DNA from: the human T2T-CHM13v2.0 reference genome, Homo sapiens
Length of the DNA: 64,000 nucleotides
Reading direction: 5' to 3' (one strand)
NCBI RefSeq assembly: GCF_009914755.1
Contig: NC_060931.1
In this document: piece by piece, positions 14,724 to 29,601 of the stretch
Layout of the letters: every line of letters begins with the position of its first letter
How positions within the stretch are numbered: position 1 is the stretch's first letter
The notes under the pieces: generated by a model
The model's input: the letters and a program-made list of their open reading frames with translations, nothing else
Databases searched by the model: none
What the model was told of the DNA's origin: nothing
Program-made: the position numbers and the translations under genes

Positions 14724-15262
14724 GAATACTTTGTTTTTTCTTCATTGTGTTATTGTTTTATAGGCCCCATGAGATTTATGCTTCAAGGAGGTTCAATTTT
14801 GGTGCATTTCAAGGGTTTGTTTCAAGATTCTTGTAGTGCTGGTGTGGTGGTGATGAATTCTCTCAGCATTTATTTCTTTGAAAAATCCTTTATCTCTCCA
14901 TTTTGAAGCTTAGTTTTGCTGGATACAGAGTTCTTGGTTTGTAAGTATTTTGTTTGAGGATGCTAAAGTTAGGACCCTAATCCCTTTTGGCTTGTAGGGT
15001 TTCTGCTGAGAAATCTGCTGTTAATCTGGTAGGTTTTCCTTTATGTTACCACTTTATGTTCCTTTAGGTTACCGCTTGCTTTTGCCTCGCAGCTCTTAAG
15101 ATTCTTTCCTTAGATAACCTGATGGCTACGTGCCTGGGTGATGATCTTTTTGCTGGTGGTCATCTTTTTGTGATTTATTTCCCAGGTGTTCTTTGAGCCT
15201 CATTGTATTTGGATCCTCTTCCTCCTCAGGAACACCAGTTATTCTTAGGTTTGGCTGTTTAA

Positions 15263-15599
<337 letters not shown>

Positions 15600-17199
15600 G
15601 GGTTTGTTTATTCTTTAAAAATTATTTGTCTTTTTCTGATTGGGTTAAAGACCTTGACTTTGAGCTCTGAAGTTCTTTCTTCTACTCATTCAATTTTATT
15701 GTCGAAATTTTCCAGTGCCTTTTTTTATTTCTCTAAGTGTGTACTTCATTTCCAGAAGTTGTAATTGTTTTTCTTTATGGTATCTGTTTTTCTGGAGCAT
15801 TTTTCATCCATATACTGTATTTTTTCCTTAATTTCTTTAAGCTGGTTTTCATCTTTCTCTGGTATCTACTTGAGTAGTTTAGTAATCAACCTTCTGAATT
15901 CTTTATCTGGCAAATCAGAGATTTCTTCTTGGTTTGGATCCCTTGCGCATGTTATAGAATCTTGTTTTGCCACATTACCAGAATTACTTTTCCGATTCCT
16001 TCTCATTTGAGCAACCTGTTTCAGTGGAAAAATATGGAACTCAAGGGCTGCTGTTCAGATTCTTTTGTCCCATGGGTGATCCCTTGATGTGGTACATTTC
16101 TTCTTTCCCTAGGGATGGGACTTCCTGCAAGCCAGACTTCAGTGACTGTTATTGCTCCTCTGGGTTTAGACACCTAGCAGGGTTACTAGGCTCTGTGTTA
16201 GTGCTGGGAAATGTCTGTAAAGAATCCTGTGATGTGATCCTTCTTCAGGTCTCCCAGCCATGGATACCAGTACCTGCTCTGGTGGAGTTGGCAGGGCTGT
16301 GAAATAGACTGTGTGAGAGTCCTTGGTTTTAGACACGTTGAGGATGCTGGCTTTCTTGAATGCTGGTTATGCCAGCAGTAAAGTTGTCACGTGGACACAC
16401 TGAGAACCACTGGTTTGCTGGGATTTTGCAGGCAGTGAAATTAGCTGTTGTCTTCTCCCTCCTTGGAACAGGATTGTTCTGTCATGAGTTGCTGTAATGT
16501 CCTAAGTTGGTCGGCCTCCATCCAGGAGGTGGCGCTTTCAAGAGAGCCCCAGAGTTTTTGGCCTGTCTTTCAGAACTTGCAGTGGCTTGCCACTTCTTTC
16601 AAAGCATCTGTGAATTCTTTTAGTTTTCCTGGTACATTCCTGTGGTGGTTCCTGGATTAAAAGTCCACATTGTGAGTCCCCACACATTGTTCTGTCTGTC
16701 CAAGTGGGAGCTGCATGTCAGCCCTGTCTCCTGTCTGCCATCTTGACTCCACAATCAGCTTTTTCATTTTTACTGAAACTTAATTCCACATTGAGAGTTT
16801 TTAAATTTCAGCATTGAATAAGTGCCATTTTTGACTAGTATATAAATTTTATTAAAACAACTACATCTGAAAAATAAGGAATTCATAAATTATCATTTTT
16901 ATAACCTCTCGTCATTTACATGGAACATGTAGAATCTTTATGACTTCAATTTAGTAAATTGTAAATACAGTTTAATTGTTGTTTAACTTGTATTTGACAG
17001 CTTACCAAATAAACTAATGAAATGAATCCCACGTAATCTAGATACCTACACTCCAAAGAACAGTACATGGATATTTCTTGGCCTGATAATAAATGAAAAG
17101 AAAGGAATAACTGATGTATCTGCCTTGACTTATTGTATCTCAACATGAAGGGGAGAGAGGGCAGTTCTTAGTGAAATAATGCACATTAAAACAAGATAA

Positions 17200-17452
17200 A
17201 AAATTTTAATTGACATAATGATTGCATATATTGAAGTGGTACATAATTATGTTTTGATTTATAATGTATAGTGATCATATCATGGTAATTAGCATATCTA
17301 TGATCTCAAACATTATCATTTCTTTATGTTGGGAACATTCAATGTCCTCCTAGCTATTTGAAACTCTGTAATATATTATTGTTAACTAGAGTCATCCCAC
17401 AACGGTATAGAACACTAGTATTTATTCCTTCTATATAGTGGTAATTTTGTCC
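17200..17452 (-). mobile_element. L1MA 3' UTR fragment
   Basis: ggtaattagcatatc...catttctttatgttgggaacattcaa...ctagctatttgaaa. Confidence 0.7.
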
Positions 17453-18409
17453 AAGGTAATTTTGTTTAACACAATAAAAAACCATGCTAAAAACATAAAC
17501 CTTAATTGTAGATTTTAGTTTTGGTATTGTATTATTTGGCGATGATAAGCTTAGAAAAAATACTTAATTTTTAATTTAATTCATTAGATTTTGTTTCTGT
17601 TAATTTATTCTTTATAGCTAAAAGATAAAAAGATCACACTATTTTACTATCACACATTATTTTTGTTTGTTGAAGCAAAGAAAAAAATTTAGAATGTGAC
17701 AAGAGAAAATATTATTAATCTTAAAGAAAATTTAAGTTTTAAAACAGGCTGATTCAACACATGTTGTCAGTTCAGTTTCAGACAATGTATAAGATATGAA
17801 TCATAGTTGTGCAGAAATATCAATTGATTTGGTCACACATATTTAGGACTGATTATTGCTGACTATTGTTATATTTTTGAAGGTTTTAAAAATTCAATTA
17901 AAGTGATTATATAGATTTATACTTTAATATTTCAGTGGCAACAGAAATTTTGGTTTTCAGAGCACATCTGAGATTAAAGATTTTATCCTTTTCCTATGGT
18001 TGACTCATAAAAAATCAACTCTATTTTCAATACTGTGATCAAATAAAAGGGAATTGGGACAGTGTGTAGAGTAAGTACTTTTTTTTCATCATTTCATCGT
18101 GTTTATTACCTGCTCTCAGATTGCCCAGCAAAGATATTGTAACAGTGTGCGTTGTAATCAATAAGTAATGTATAAATATGCAGTTTCACCATGGCCTCAG
18201 CACTATTAAATTTTATTATTTTAATTTATTATTTTATTATTAACTGGATAGATAGGAAATGGCATCTCTATTTTCTTTTCAATTTAATGTTCTTTGCTTA
18301 CTAGTGAAAAGATGATACATGATCTATTGATGTTGCCACCAAAGTTTCAGAACAGTCTATAGGAGGTACTTTTAAATGCATTTGGCCTTGTCTAGATTAA
18401 AACAACAGC

Positions 18410-18560
18410 TTACATTTATTAAACACTCACTAAGCACCAGATACTTAGTTTTTTTAAGGATTATATAATATTTGTTCTGGTTAGTATACTCATTTTACAA
18501 CTGTGGAAACAAAGGCTTAGAAATATTAATACATCCAAGGTCACAGAATCAGTAGGTGGT
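18410..18560 (-). mobile_element. MIR
   Basis: Degenerate core cattttacaactgtggaaacaaaggcttaga...ccaaggtcacaga. Confidence 0.6.
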
Positions 18561-21144
18561 ATTTATAGTTTGGTGGATTTGTCCCATCAAAGTTGGTTTT
18601 CCCTTTTACTTACCATTTTAACTCCTAAGTTGTACTATCATAGCATACCCATACTCTGAATTCATAACTGAAATAATAACCTTACTTTAAATTTTACATT
18701 TTCTGCTGAATTCTCTTTATGCTAGTTGCATATATAATCTTACAGGACATATTTATAAAGACAGCTTAAAATAGACCAGACACTTAAGAACGTATAGGAA
18801 GGTAATTTGAATGTTACAGATTTTTCAATATGGGAGATTTTATCAGTTTCATCATAATAACAATAGTGCATTCAAATTCTTTCATGTATGTACCACATCT
18901 TATTCTTTTATCACTCCTTCAGACACATGAGGTTATATACTGATCTCCACATGAGGAAAATGAGGCAGGGGACTGTTGTTTGGTTCCACTTCTGTGTGCT
19001 TTCCATCTGGATCGTACTTATCAGGATGACATTCTATTATTGCAAATCTGTGCTTTAAATTTATTGGATTACAAAGCTTTAAAGATGTGTGGATCTGGGT
19101 GCTATAACACTGCTCAAAATAGCTGCCTGAATGAAGAGATATATGTACTTTAACATTACACTTTTAAAAGTGAGTATATTTCATGAGATGAATTGTCTGT
19201 CTTATGCGCAATTATAAATCATTTCTATTTCATAAGACTGTAGAGTGATTTTGAATACAAAGCAATATTGGACAAATAGCAAATTATGTTAAATTGTAGG
19301 GCAAATTGAGAAAGCGAAGCTGTGATTTTGAGCAACTGTGCCTTCATGATTTAAAATGCAACTTTCTTATGCAGTATGGAACAATTCTTATTTCCTCTCA
19401 AACTTCTATTATAAATGCATTTATTCTTTTTAATTTTAGCTTCACAGATAATTCTGGTTTGGAATTAGGGATCTTTTTTTGAGGATAGGAAGAAATTTGC
19501 AAATTATATTTGAGTTTTGATTTATTGTGATAATTGACTAATTTATTATATAACCTGTTATAATCTGAACTATTTAAAAATAATTTTCTGCTTTAAAATC
19601 TCTCACAGGGTCTTTCTTAAGACACTTTCATTCACCTCTGGAAATAGCAGCAGTAGTTTCTAATCTTTGGCTAGCAGATAATTTCTAAAATCATTTTTCT
19701 TTCTCCCCGAATTGTAGTTTGAGTAGCACTTGTCTTTCAGAGAAAATGAACTTTATTCCTATTAGAAAAACTGTTAAACTAAAAGATCTGACAACAACAT
19801 TCTTGAATAAGTTTAAAGAATTTATGGCTTAAATTAATCTGAATTCTAATTTACCTTTTACCTTGAGCTTGGCTGCTGTTTTCAATTTATATGCATTTTA
19901 TACATTAACTGCTACCCTCAATTTCCTGTCAACTTTGTAGTAAGTGATACTCTGTCAAATGCTACTCTATGATGCATTTAAATAAAGATAAAAGGTCAAT
20001 CTAGGCTTTTCTAAAGTTACCATTCTAGGATATAAGCTTCTGAATTGCTTTGTATTTGTATCATTAGACGTAATTTCTGACATTTAAAAATTTACCAAAA
20101 ATGTAATGAATTCAAGGTAGTCATTATATGTCTATGGATTCTTTAAGCATGTTAAAGACTTTATGTATCTTTAACCATAAAAAACATAATATTGCTAAAT
20201 AAAATTATTCTGTGTATCTCTAGGCAGTCTAGAACTCATATTCTAGAATTCTAGATCAGCAGTGAACAAAGTGAGGATGTCTACTCTTACCCCTTCTTTT
20301 TAATATATGTTGGAAGTTTTAGCCAGGGCATTAAGGCAGTAAATACATAGACAAATAAATAGACAGATAGGAAAGGAAGAAGTAAAATATGTATTTCTTC
20401 ATAGTAGATGTGATATTATATATCAAATGATTCTAGGAAATCTGCAAAGGTACTAGGATTAATAAATGACTTTAGCAAGGTCGCAGAATACAAGGCCAGT
20501 ATTCAAAGATCAATTATATGTCTATACTTTAAAAACAAATAACCAGAAACAGAAATTTAAAAGCCAGTATCACTTACAATACCAAAAAAAAAAAAAAAAT
20601 GAAATACTTAGAGGTAAATTTAACAAACATTTTTTAAGACCTATATACTGAAAACCATAGTATATTATTGAGAGAAAGTAAAAATCTGAATGAATATAGA
20701 GATACACCATGTTCAGGGATCAGATAAGTCAATTTTGCTAAGATGTCAGTTCTCCACAAATTAATTTAGAATTCAAAGCAATTCTAAATTAAACCCAATG
20801 GGCTTTATTTTAGAAATTGACAAGCTGATTTTAAAATTTATATGGAATTGCAGAGGAAAAACAATTGATACAGAGTTAGAAAACTCACACCACCTAAATA
20901 TTTATTATATAGTAATCAGAGAAGTGTGTTATTAGCATATGATGTTGAAACAATTCATTATCCATTTAGAAATACAAAAGGAAACTCCACCCTTACCACA
21001 CATCATACATGGAAATCAATTTACAAGATATCATAGACCTAATATAAAAGCAAAACATAAACACTTTAAGGAGAAAAATAGGAGAAAATCTTAGCAATCT
21101 TAAATCAGGCAGAGGCTTTTTAGATAGGAAGCAAAAGCCATCAG

Positions 21145-21440
21145 TTTTTTTTTTTTTTTCTTGAGACAGGGTCTTGCTTTGTCACCCAGTCTGGAGGGCA
21201 TTGGTGCAATCATGGCTCACTGCAGCCTTGACCTCCTGGGGTCAAGCAGTCTCCCCACTTCAGCCTCTCAAGTAGCTAAAACTACAGGTGCATGCCACCA
21301 CACCTGGCTTTTTTTTTTTTTTTTAAGGGACGGGTCTCATTGTGTTACTTAGGCTGATCTTGAACTCCTGGGCTCAAACATTCTTCCCACCTTGGCCTCC
21401 CGAAGTGCTGGGGTTACAGGCATGAGCCACCGTGTCCAGC
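21145..21440 (-). mobile_element. AluJ
   Basis: gagacagggtcttgc...actgcagccttgacctcctggg, with J-type diagnostics. Confidence 0.88.
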
Positions 21441-21632
21441 ATGAATATTTATAACAAAGTGATAAATTAGACTTCCTTGAGAGATACAATTTAAAAAATG
21501 AAAAAGCAAGCCACAGACTAGGACGAGTTAATAAATAAATTAAATGCATAAACACCTACATGTATATTGTGTATGTTTGTATATGTATATTGAACATACA
21601 TGGACAAGGATATGTGTCAAGAATATATAAAG

Positions 21633-21985
<353 letters not shown>

Positions 21986-23386
21986 TTATAACTCAATAAT
22001 AGAAAGACAACCCAATTTTCAGTAATGGGTAAAACAGTTGAAAAGATATTTCACTGCAGAAGATATGTGAATGGTCAGTAAGTGCATGAAAAGATAATAT
22101 CATCAGTCATCAGGGCAATGGAAATTAAAAACATTATGAAATACCACAAGATACCTACTAGAATGGCCAAAATTTTTAAAGACAGTACTAAGTGTTGATG
22201 AGGATGCAAAGCAACTACAGCTTTTATGCATTGCTAGTGGGAATATGAAATGATACTATTACTTTGAAAAACAATTTGACAATTTCTTTATAAGTTAATT
22301 ATACATTTACCATATGACTTATCAATTCCATTATTTGTCTAAAGGAAATGAAAACTTATGTTCACATAAAGACTTGTTCACAAATGTTTATAGTAACTTT
22401 CTTTATAATATCAACCCAAATGCCTATCAGTAGAAAAATAGATAATCCAAATGTGGTATATTGAATACAATGGAAAACTATTTAGTGATAAAAAAGAGCA
22501 AATAACTGATACTTACAGCAACATGGATAAACCTCCAAATCATTGTGGTGAGCAAAACAAGCTAGATACTCTAAAATTCCATTTTTATAGAATTCTAGAA
22601 AAGATTAATATAGGCCCAGGATGAAGATGACTTACTGGAAAGGATTATAAGGAAATAGTTTGGGTTGATGGAAATGTTCTGTATCTTCATTGGTGTGGTA
22701 ATTACACGTTTACATATGTATCACAGTTATTGAACTGTACATTTAAAATTCATGTATTTTATTGTGTGTAAATTGTACCTGAATAAAGATGAAAAAGGTA
22801 GTATTTATAAATTCTATTAATAATTGATTTCCAAAGGAAAATAACACAAAAGATAAGTGAACACTTAAAGATGATTTCAAAGTAAATCTTGCTTGAAACT
22901 ATATAAAAGTATTTATTAAAAGGCAATTAATTACTAACATCCAAGTGTGAAAATTTTGACCTTTAGTGTATTGTGCAGAAAAATTGTGGTATATTTCATT
23001 TAAAATTGATCAAAGACAGCAACATACATTAATCAGAGGAAAGCATCAATTAAATGTAGAAACAAGATTTAAACAAAGATTCATATTAAAATAATGATAA
23101 GTAATACTTAGAAACTGCATCCTAGAGACACATTATTCGTATTTTTAGAAAAACAGAAACATATTAGTGTGAAAAGATGTTAAAAAATGAATATTAAATT
23201 GTTGAGCACAACACATTATGTTGGCAACAATATACCATAAGTGACTGTAGCTTGCAATAAGGAAATATCTTACTTGTTTTTCTCTTTAGGCTTTTTTTAT
23301 AGGCATTAATAACAAATATTTCCTTTCCTCCCTTATTTATTGAACCACACCCCTTCTCATACTATCTTTCCCCCCAAAGGAAGTGA

Positions 23387-23814
<428 letters not shown>

Positions 23815-24214
23815 CTCAAAATGTTTTTGAAGTAATTTTTGTTATAGTTACACAAATGCTTCTTTAGTTCAATGGTACAGGAAATTATGAGCTTGCTTCT
23901 ATTTTGTATGGCATCAAAAATGTGTAAAGTACTGCAGAATGGGTTACGTATATTACATCTTCTCTTAAAATGATAATTTTTATGGTCCTTTACTTTTTTC
24001 CCCCTTCTTTTCCTTTATGAGCTGTGTCCCTAAAAATCACTTTAATTGCACATCTAAGCTTTCTTCTCACCCAAGAAAACCATTTTGAAGTACGTAGGTG
24101 ATATTACTTTCTTGAGGCTTGATGGACCCTGCTGAGATCAAACCTGTTTACTTTTCTTAAAACTCCTTTTTGTTGGAGAGTCTTAAATATTAGTCTTTGT
24201 TAACCTTTCCACAG

Positions 24215-24350
24215 ATTTGTTATTGGGCGGGAAAAACCAGGACAAGTGAGCGAGGTTGCCCAGTTGATAAGCCAGACACTGGAACAGGAGAGGCGCCAGA
24301 GAGAGCTGCTGGAACAGCACTATGCCCAGTATGATGCCGACGATGACGAG
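24215..24350 (+). CDS. PPP1R9A: Neurabin-1 internal coding exon, 136 nt (end of PDZ domain and acidic linker)
   Basis: Acceptor cctttccacag|A and donor GAG|gtcagt. Translates as (R)[45 protein letters not shown], recognised as neurabin-1. Ends in phase 0, in frame with 29536 and 51829. Confidence 0.96.
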
Positions 24351-26135
24351 GTCAGTAGTGCTTGCAAAGATTCTTTTTCCCACATTTTCTAATTCATGAA
24401 ACTCTCTCTACTGTATAACAGTATGACAGGTTTTATGCAGTTTCTTGAGGAAGGTGTGTCCACATTGAACTAAAATTCTACCTTAGAAAAGAAATACTAC
24501 TCGCATCTGATATACGCTTAAGAATCAAGTCATGGTATCCTGTTTACAGTATGAAGACTGTGGACACAAATAAGTCTTATCTTTTGCACTATTATAAAGG
24601 AAGTCATAGAAACAGAAAAGGATAAAAACACAAAAATGTGAATAATGTCATCTTTATTGGTGGAATTGGGTGATTTTCTCTCTCTGCTTTATATTTTTTC
24701 AATCTTTTCCAAATGTTCTACAATAGTATGTAATGCTTTTCCAAAAAATCAGTAAACACACCCATACACAAACAAATATACATAGAAAAGTACTAAAGAT
24801 TGCTGAGTGTTTCCAGTGTCTTTTTCCCCCAGGAAGAAAAAGTTCTTTGGATCTGCTTACTATGATTTGTGCTAACATAATGCAGAACAAAGCTTTCCAC
24901 TAGCACATGTTCCATAGAGCAGATACATATTGGAATAATTTTACATCCTGCTTTCTGTAAAAGATCAAGTAAATGAATAGAAGCTAACCCCCAAGTGAAA
25001 ACAGCTCTCCAGAACCCTTGTGTGCTATAATATAATACAGATGCTGGTCTATTTCTAATGTCTTTGAAATGTACATTGATATAATGGGACAACATGCTTT
25101 ATTATAAACACGTTTAAACATTCATATGTTTCATATTGGTGTGTCAAAAGATCCATCAACAATTTAATTGTAGTATTTTATACTCCATAAACTAGTACAT
25201 ATTCAGGTAAAACAAATATTCTTCATTCCAGCTAATATAACCACAGTGAAACTTCATGTATTCAACCCCTTCTTATCTGAATATATAATTTTTCAGAATT
25301 TTGCTTTCTAGCCAGGATATAGATATTAATAAACAGACATTCAAATATTTTCACATATTTTTAATCTGAGATGTTTTAATCCCAATGTATATTAAGATCT
25401 CATGAATATGTGGTATAATGAGGATATATTCTCCACTTATAGCAGAAAATTAGAGGTGGTATATCCGTTAACTTTTGATCAAAGAATAATATATTAGAAA
25501 TCCTTTAAATGAATGAATTAGACTCTTAGAACTTGATTTAATTTATTTTCTTACTTGGTGAGTCCATTTGAAATGGCAAGTATATTTTCATTACACTGAG
25601 ATATTTTGTATGAAAAATGTTCTCTTGAATTTTCAAACTAAAAAAGGGATTTCCTCAAATATTTTGAACTTGTATCTTACCTGGTTTTCAATTCTTTACA
25701 TTAGTATTTTGTATTTTATCAGAGACACTGATTTGCTTTTGCTGCAAGCTTATTCTGAGATTGTAGAATCATTTTCTGCAGGTTTGATTTTTGCGTCCTC
25801 ACTGTGCTAGGATTTTTGGTCTTAGGTTCAGGGGAGTACAGTGACATCAAGTGGTGGAAGGGGACATGGCCAGGCTTTCTAGTCTGTGTGCCTTGGTGTC
25901 TTTGGCATGAAAGCACAGGGATTGGGCTAGATCACAAAATTCCTTCCAGCTTCTAATGTTCCATGAATATGAAATAAGACATCAAGTCTAACAAGCAGAG
26001 GGGGCAAAGAAAGAAGATAGTCACATTTTTAAGGCACTCCAAGTAAAACATTTAGATCACAGACCACACATTTTCTGCAGGTATTTTGAGGCGCTGATCA
26101 CATTCATCCCCAAAAGTTGATATAAAATTTTGCTC

Positions 26136-26446
26136 TTTTTTTTTTTTTTACGACACAGGGTCTTGCTCTGCCACCCAGGCTGGAGTGCAGTGGTGCAAGC
26201 ATAGCTCACTATATCCTTGAGCTCCTGGGCTCAAGCCAACCTCCTGCCTTGCCTCAGCCTCCTGAGTAGCTGGGGCAACAGGCACACAGAACCACATCCT
26301 GCTAATTAAAAAAAAAAAATTTTTTTTTTATAGATGAGGTCTCACTATGTTGTCCAGGCCTGTCTTGAACTCCTGGCCTCAAGCAGTCCTCCTGCCTCAG
26401 CCTTCCAAAGTGCTGGGATTACAGGTGTGAGCCACCCTACCTGGCC
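26136..26446 (-). mobile_element. AluJ
   Basis: gacacagggtcttgctctg...ctcctgggctcaagc...ctggcc. Confidence 0.88.
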
Positions 26447-26639
26447 CAGATTTTTCTTTAACTTGATAATTGGAATAGATGGAAAAAGAATAGTTTTTAC
26501 TTGACATTTATACTTAGGAATGTATCACATCTTAAATGGAAGATTGTTTATAGATTTTTTTTGTTTGCCTGTTTTTGTAAAGTAATCAGAGTTGTCACCT
26601 GAGCAGATATTTTCAGGGGCAAGGAAATTAAGTAAATAT

Positions 26640-26840
26640 TCAGTGGCAAGCACTTTGCAAGGTGTCTTTCTTACATGATCTCATTTAATCTTTAATGCAG
26701 CCAGAAGAGATTTTCTTTTTTTCCCTAGAAATGCAGCAACTGAGGTTTTTTTCTAGTGGTACATCCAGTAGCTGGCAGAGTTGAAATTGGAATAAAGTCT
26801 TGCTGGCTCCAAAGCCTGGACTCTTTGCAACACACTGTGC
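26640..26840 (-). mobile_element. MIR
   Basis: catgatctcatttaatct...gcaactgagg...ctggctccaaagcctg. Confidence 0.55.
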
Positions 26841-28441
26841 TGTTTTTGAGTAGCATGTAAGAACACTCCTGCAGACACAGAATAACTGGGTAACAAAAGA
26901 TGTTAAGAGAATTACTGTTTGCGGTGATGGAGTTTTTAGGTTCTATGATTCTTTGTTCTGTATTTCTAATAATAGGGAAGTCAAGTCTTTGGATAATTAT
27001 TTTCTCTATGCAACAGTCCATAAGAATCATCTTTATAGAGTTTAAAGAGAAGAATAATTGAGTACTCAAATTTTTTTTAATTAGTTTAGCTTTAAGTTAA
27101 ACTGTTTTTTCTTTCTGCAAGTTGTAGAAGTAAAAACGAGGTGCTTGCTATGTTACTCCAAGTAACTCACTTTATGGAAAAAAGTCAAGGAGACTTCTCC
27201 TTTGTATCTGTCTCTCATCCTCTGTGACTTGGGTTTTTTCCCTTTCTTGTATGTTACACACTGCCTCAACAAAACATGCCCAGATAAAACCAACTGTTAA
27301 TTTTCAGTGCATAGGAGAGATGAAAGCTGTACAAATAGTGAAAATCCACTCCAATGTTAAAACTTCAAATTGTCACTTGATTCAAATTCTTTTTTCTAAT
27401 GCTGAAAAAATTATTAAATGGATTGATTTGAGTGCTTTTTCCCTATTTTCTATTTACTCTCTGTCTTTCTTTGTGAATGAAGAATAAAATGTCCAAGAGG
27501 CATAAAGGAAATGAGAAGAACAAATATTGGATAGCTAATGGATAAATGCTCCTTGAATAATTGAGTTAATTTCATATATAATTGAACAATTTATTGATTA
27601 ATATATCTTTGTTAATCAGTCACTTGGTTTTTTTACTTTTATGATTTATAGAATCATCTTGTGATTTCAAAGTTAGAGTTATTTTTATTTGACAGTATCT
27701 CCTGTGACATTCCCTGCACCAGCCAGGAAAACCTCCATTTAGATACAGAACAACCAAGTTCATCCAACTGATTTCCAGAGCCAGCTCTTAGTCAGCATTT
27801 TCTGCTGAAGGATAGATAGCTTCTGTTTTTGATCAAATCATCCAAAGTTGATTGTAACTTGGAACTTGTCACATTGACAGAGGGTATTTGCTTGCTTGCA
27901 TTCACTACATGGAAAACATCACAATGGGAGAAATAGATCCTGAAATTATAAACCTACAGTGGAGCTCTAAAAACTATATTGAGAAAGATTACCTTACAAT
28001 ATATTGCTTATGCTTAGACATATCTGTTTCAATGCTTTAGGAAATTATAAGTCATACTCTAGTAGAATTTAAGCTATGTAGATAATTTTCAAACTATTTA
28101 AATTTCTGCTTTTTCTGTTTTTTTCTTCCTCTACATCTTTAGAAGGGTTTAAAATAAGCAAACAGCCAATTTTATTTTAATTTGCATCCCTGTTTTTGTT
28201 TACTCTCTGTTAAACATTCTGATTAAAAAAAAATGTTAAAATGGCTCTGCCTAAAAGCTGTAGAATAAAAAGGAGGATCCTATTTAAGAAGAGGGAGATG
28301 AATATTTGAACAATTGAAAAATTTTAAATGTATATCTGAATATATCTGTGATTCATGATTTAATTTCTGTTTAATCGAAGTATTGATCACTTGTTTTTTT
28401 TTTTCTTTCTTTCTCTTTTCTTTTTTTTAATAATCTGAAAG

Positions 28442-28504
28442 GTTGCCATGGAGGATTTCAATAAATCTCTCAGACAATCAGCACTATTTCATGACACTCG
28501 GGGG
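28442..28504 (+). CDS. PPP1R9A: Candidate 63-nt in-frame cassette exon (VAMEDFNKSLRQSALFHDTRG)
   Basis: Long AG-free pyrimidine tract 28391-28428, acceptor ctgaaag|GTT, donor GGG|gtatga. 21 open codons, phase 0-0. Inferred from splice signals only. Confidence 0.5.
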
Positions 28505-29535
28505 GTATGATAAATTTTTCAACTAGAATTTAACTTTTTAGTAACATTTAATCTCTTGTCATACTCCACCACTATCAGTTTGTAGCCTTTTAGTAGTGAG
28601 ATGATGTAATTATGGTATATATTTTGTGTAGTGTGTATATATTATGAGTATTTTTTATTTAAGAGCATTATGCCGTTTGAAATGCTGCAGGCTTAGACTG
28701 GAAATACAGTATGAACTAGTGCTATATTCCATTTTTGAGTTAGAAAATAGGTATGGTCATTGAAATTAAAATAAAGTATTACACTTTAAAAATTATGATT
28801 ATTTGGCTTCCTTAAATATTCTTTTAAGATATAGTATTTGTTACATTGTAAAGTCTTAGCTATAGATAGCATTTCAAAGTCTCCTTAGGCAGTAGTTCAT
28901 AAGAAGGTTAATCATCACTCCAGAAACTGAAGCCCCTTCTATACTGAAGCCCCTAAAATATAATTTAATCTTTCTTTCATAATTTGTTTTCATTACTGGA
29001 AATTAATATCATTATAACAATATTATAGCAACTTTTTTTTTAGAATCTTTTAAAGTATTGAATACAGTTTAGAGTAGCTGCCCTCATGGGTATGGTTTTT
29101 TATTGCTTGTGTTAGCATGTCATAATTAGAGGCAAAAATATAATGGAAGCTTTGGTTTGCATAAGTATTAAAAGGTATACAATAATATAATATTTATGTT
29201 ATAAAAAGTGTTAGAGGGATAACATTAAGTTTGACTCATACTGTTTGCCATTCCTAGTTGGAAACAGCTTGTGTGTGTAAACAAGAGAATGCAATTATTA
29301 TGGTTGGCCTTTTAATAATGTGAATATAATAATGTAAATAGACTTTATACTGTATCTATAATACTGAGAAACCAAGAGTGTGGGCATTTTTTACCAACAT
29401 GCCGCAATATTGTCTTAGTACTTAACAGTGTGTATTACAGTAAGCACTGGGACTCAGTGTTTTTCAATCCTTTATCAGGCTGCTCTCTGCGGTGGGGGTT
29501 AAGCCTTCTTTAATATTTTTTGTCAACCATTTTAG

Positions 29536-29601
29536 AACACTGTGGCTGAATTGCAAGGAATGTCTGGCAACTGCAATAACAATAACAACTATTTTCTTAA
29601 G
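29536..29601 (+). CDS. PPP1R9A: Neurabin-1 66-nt in-frame cassette exon (NTVAELQGMSGNCNNNNNYFLK)
   Basis: Acceptor ttttttgtcaaccattttag|AAC and donor AAG|gtttgt. 22 open codons, phase 0-0. Matches my recollection of an isoform-specific neurabin-1 insert after ...DDDE. Confidence 0.87.

Noticed and set aside
24183-24383. 66-aa minus-strand ORF
   Set aside because: Antisense shadow of the PPP1R9A exon.
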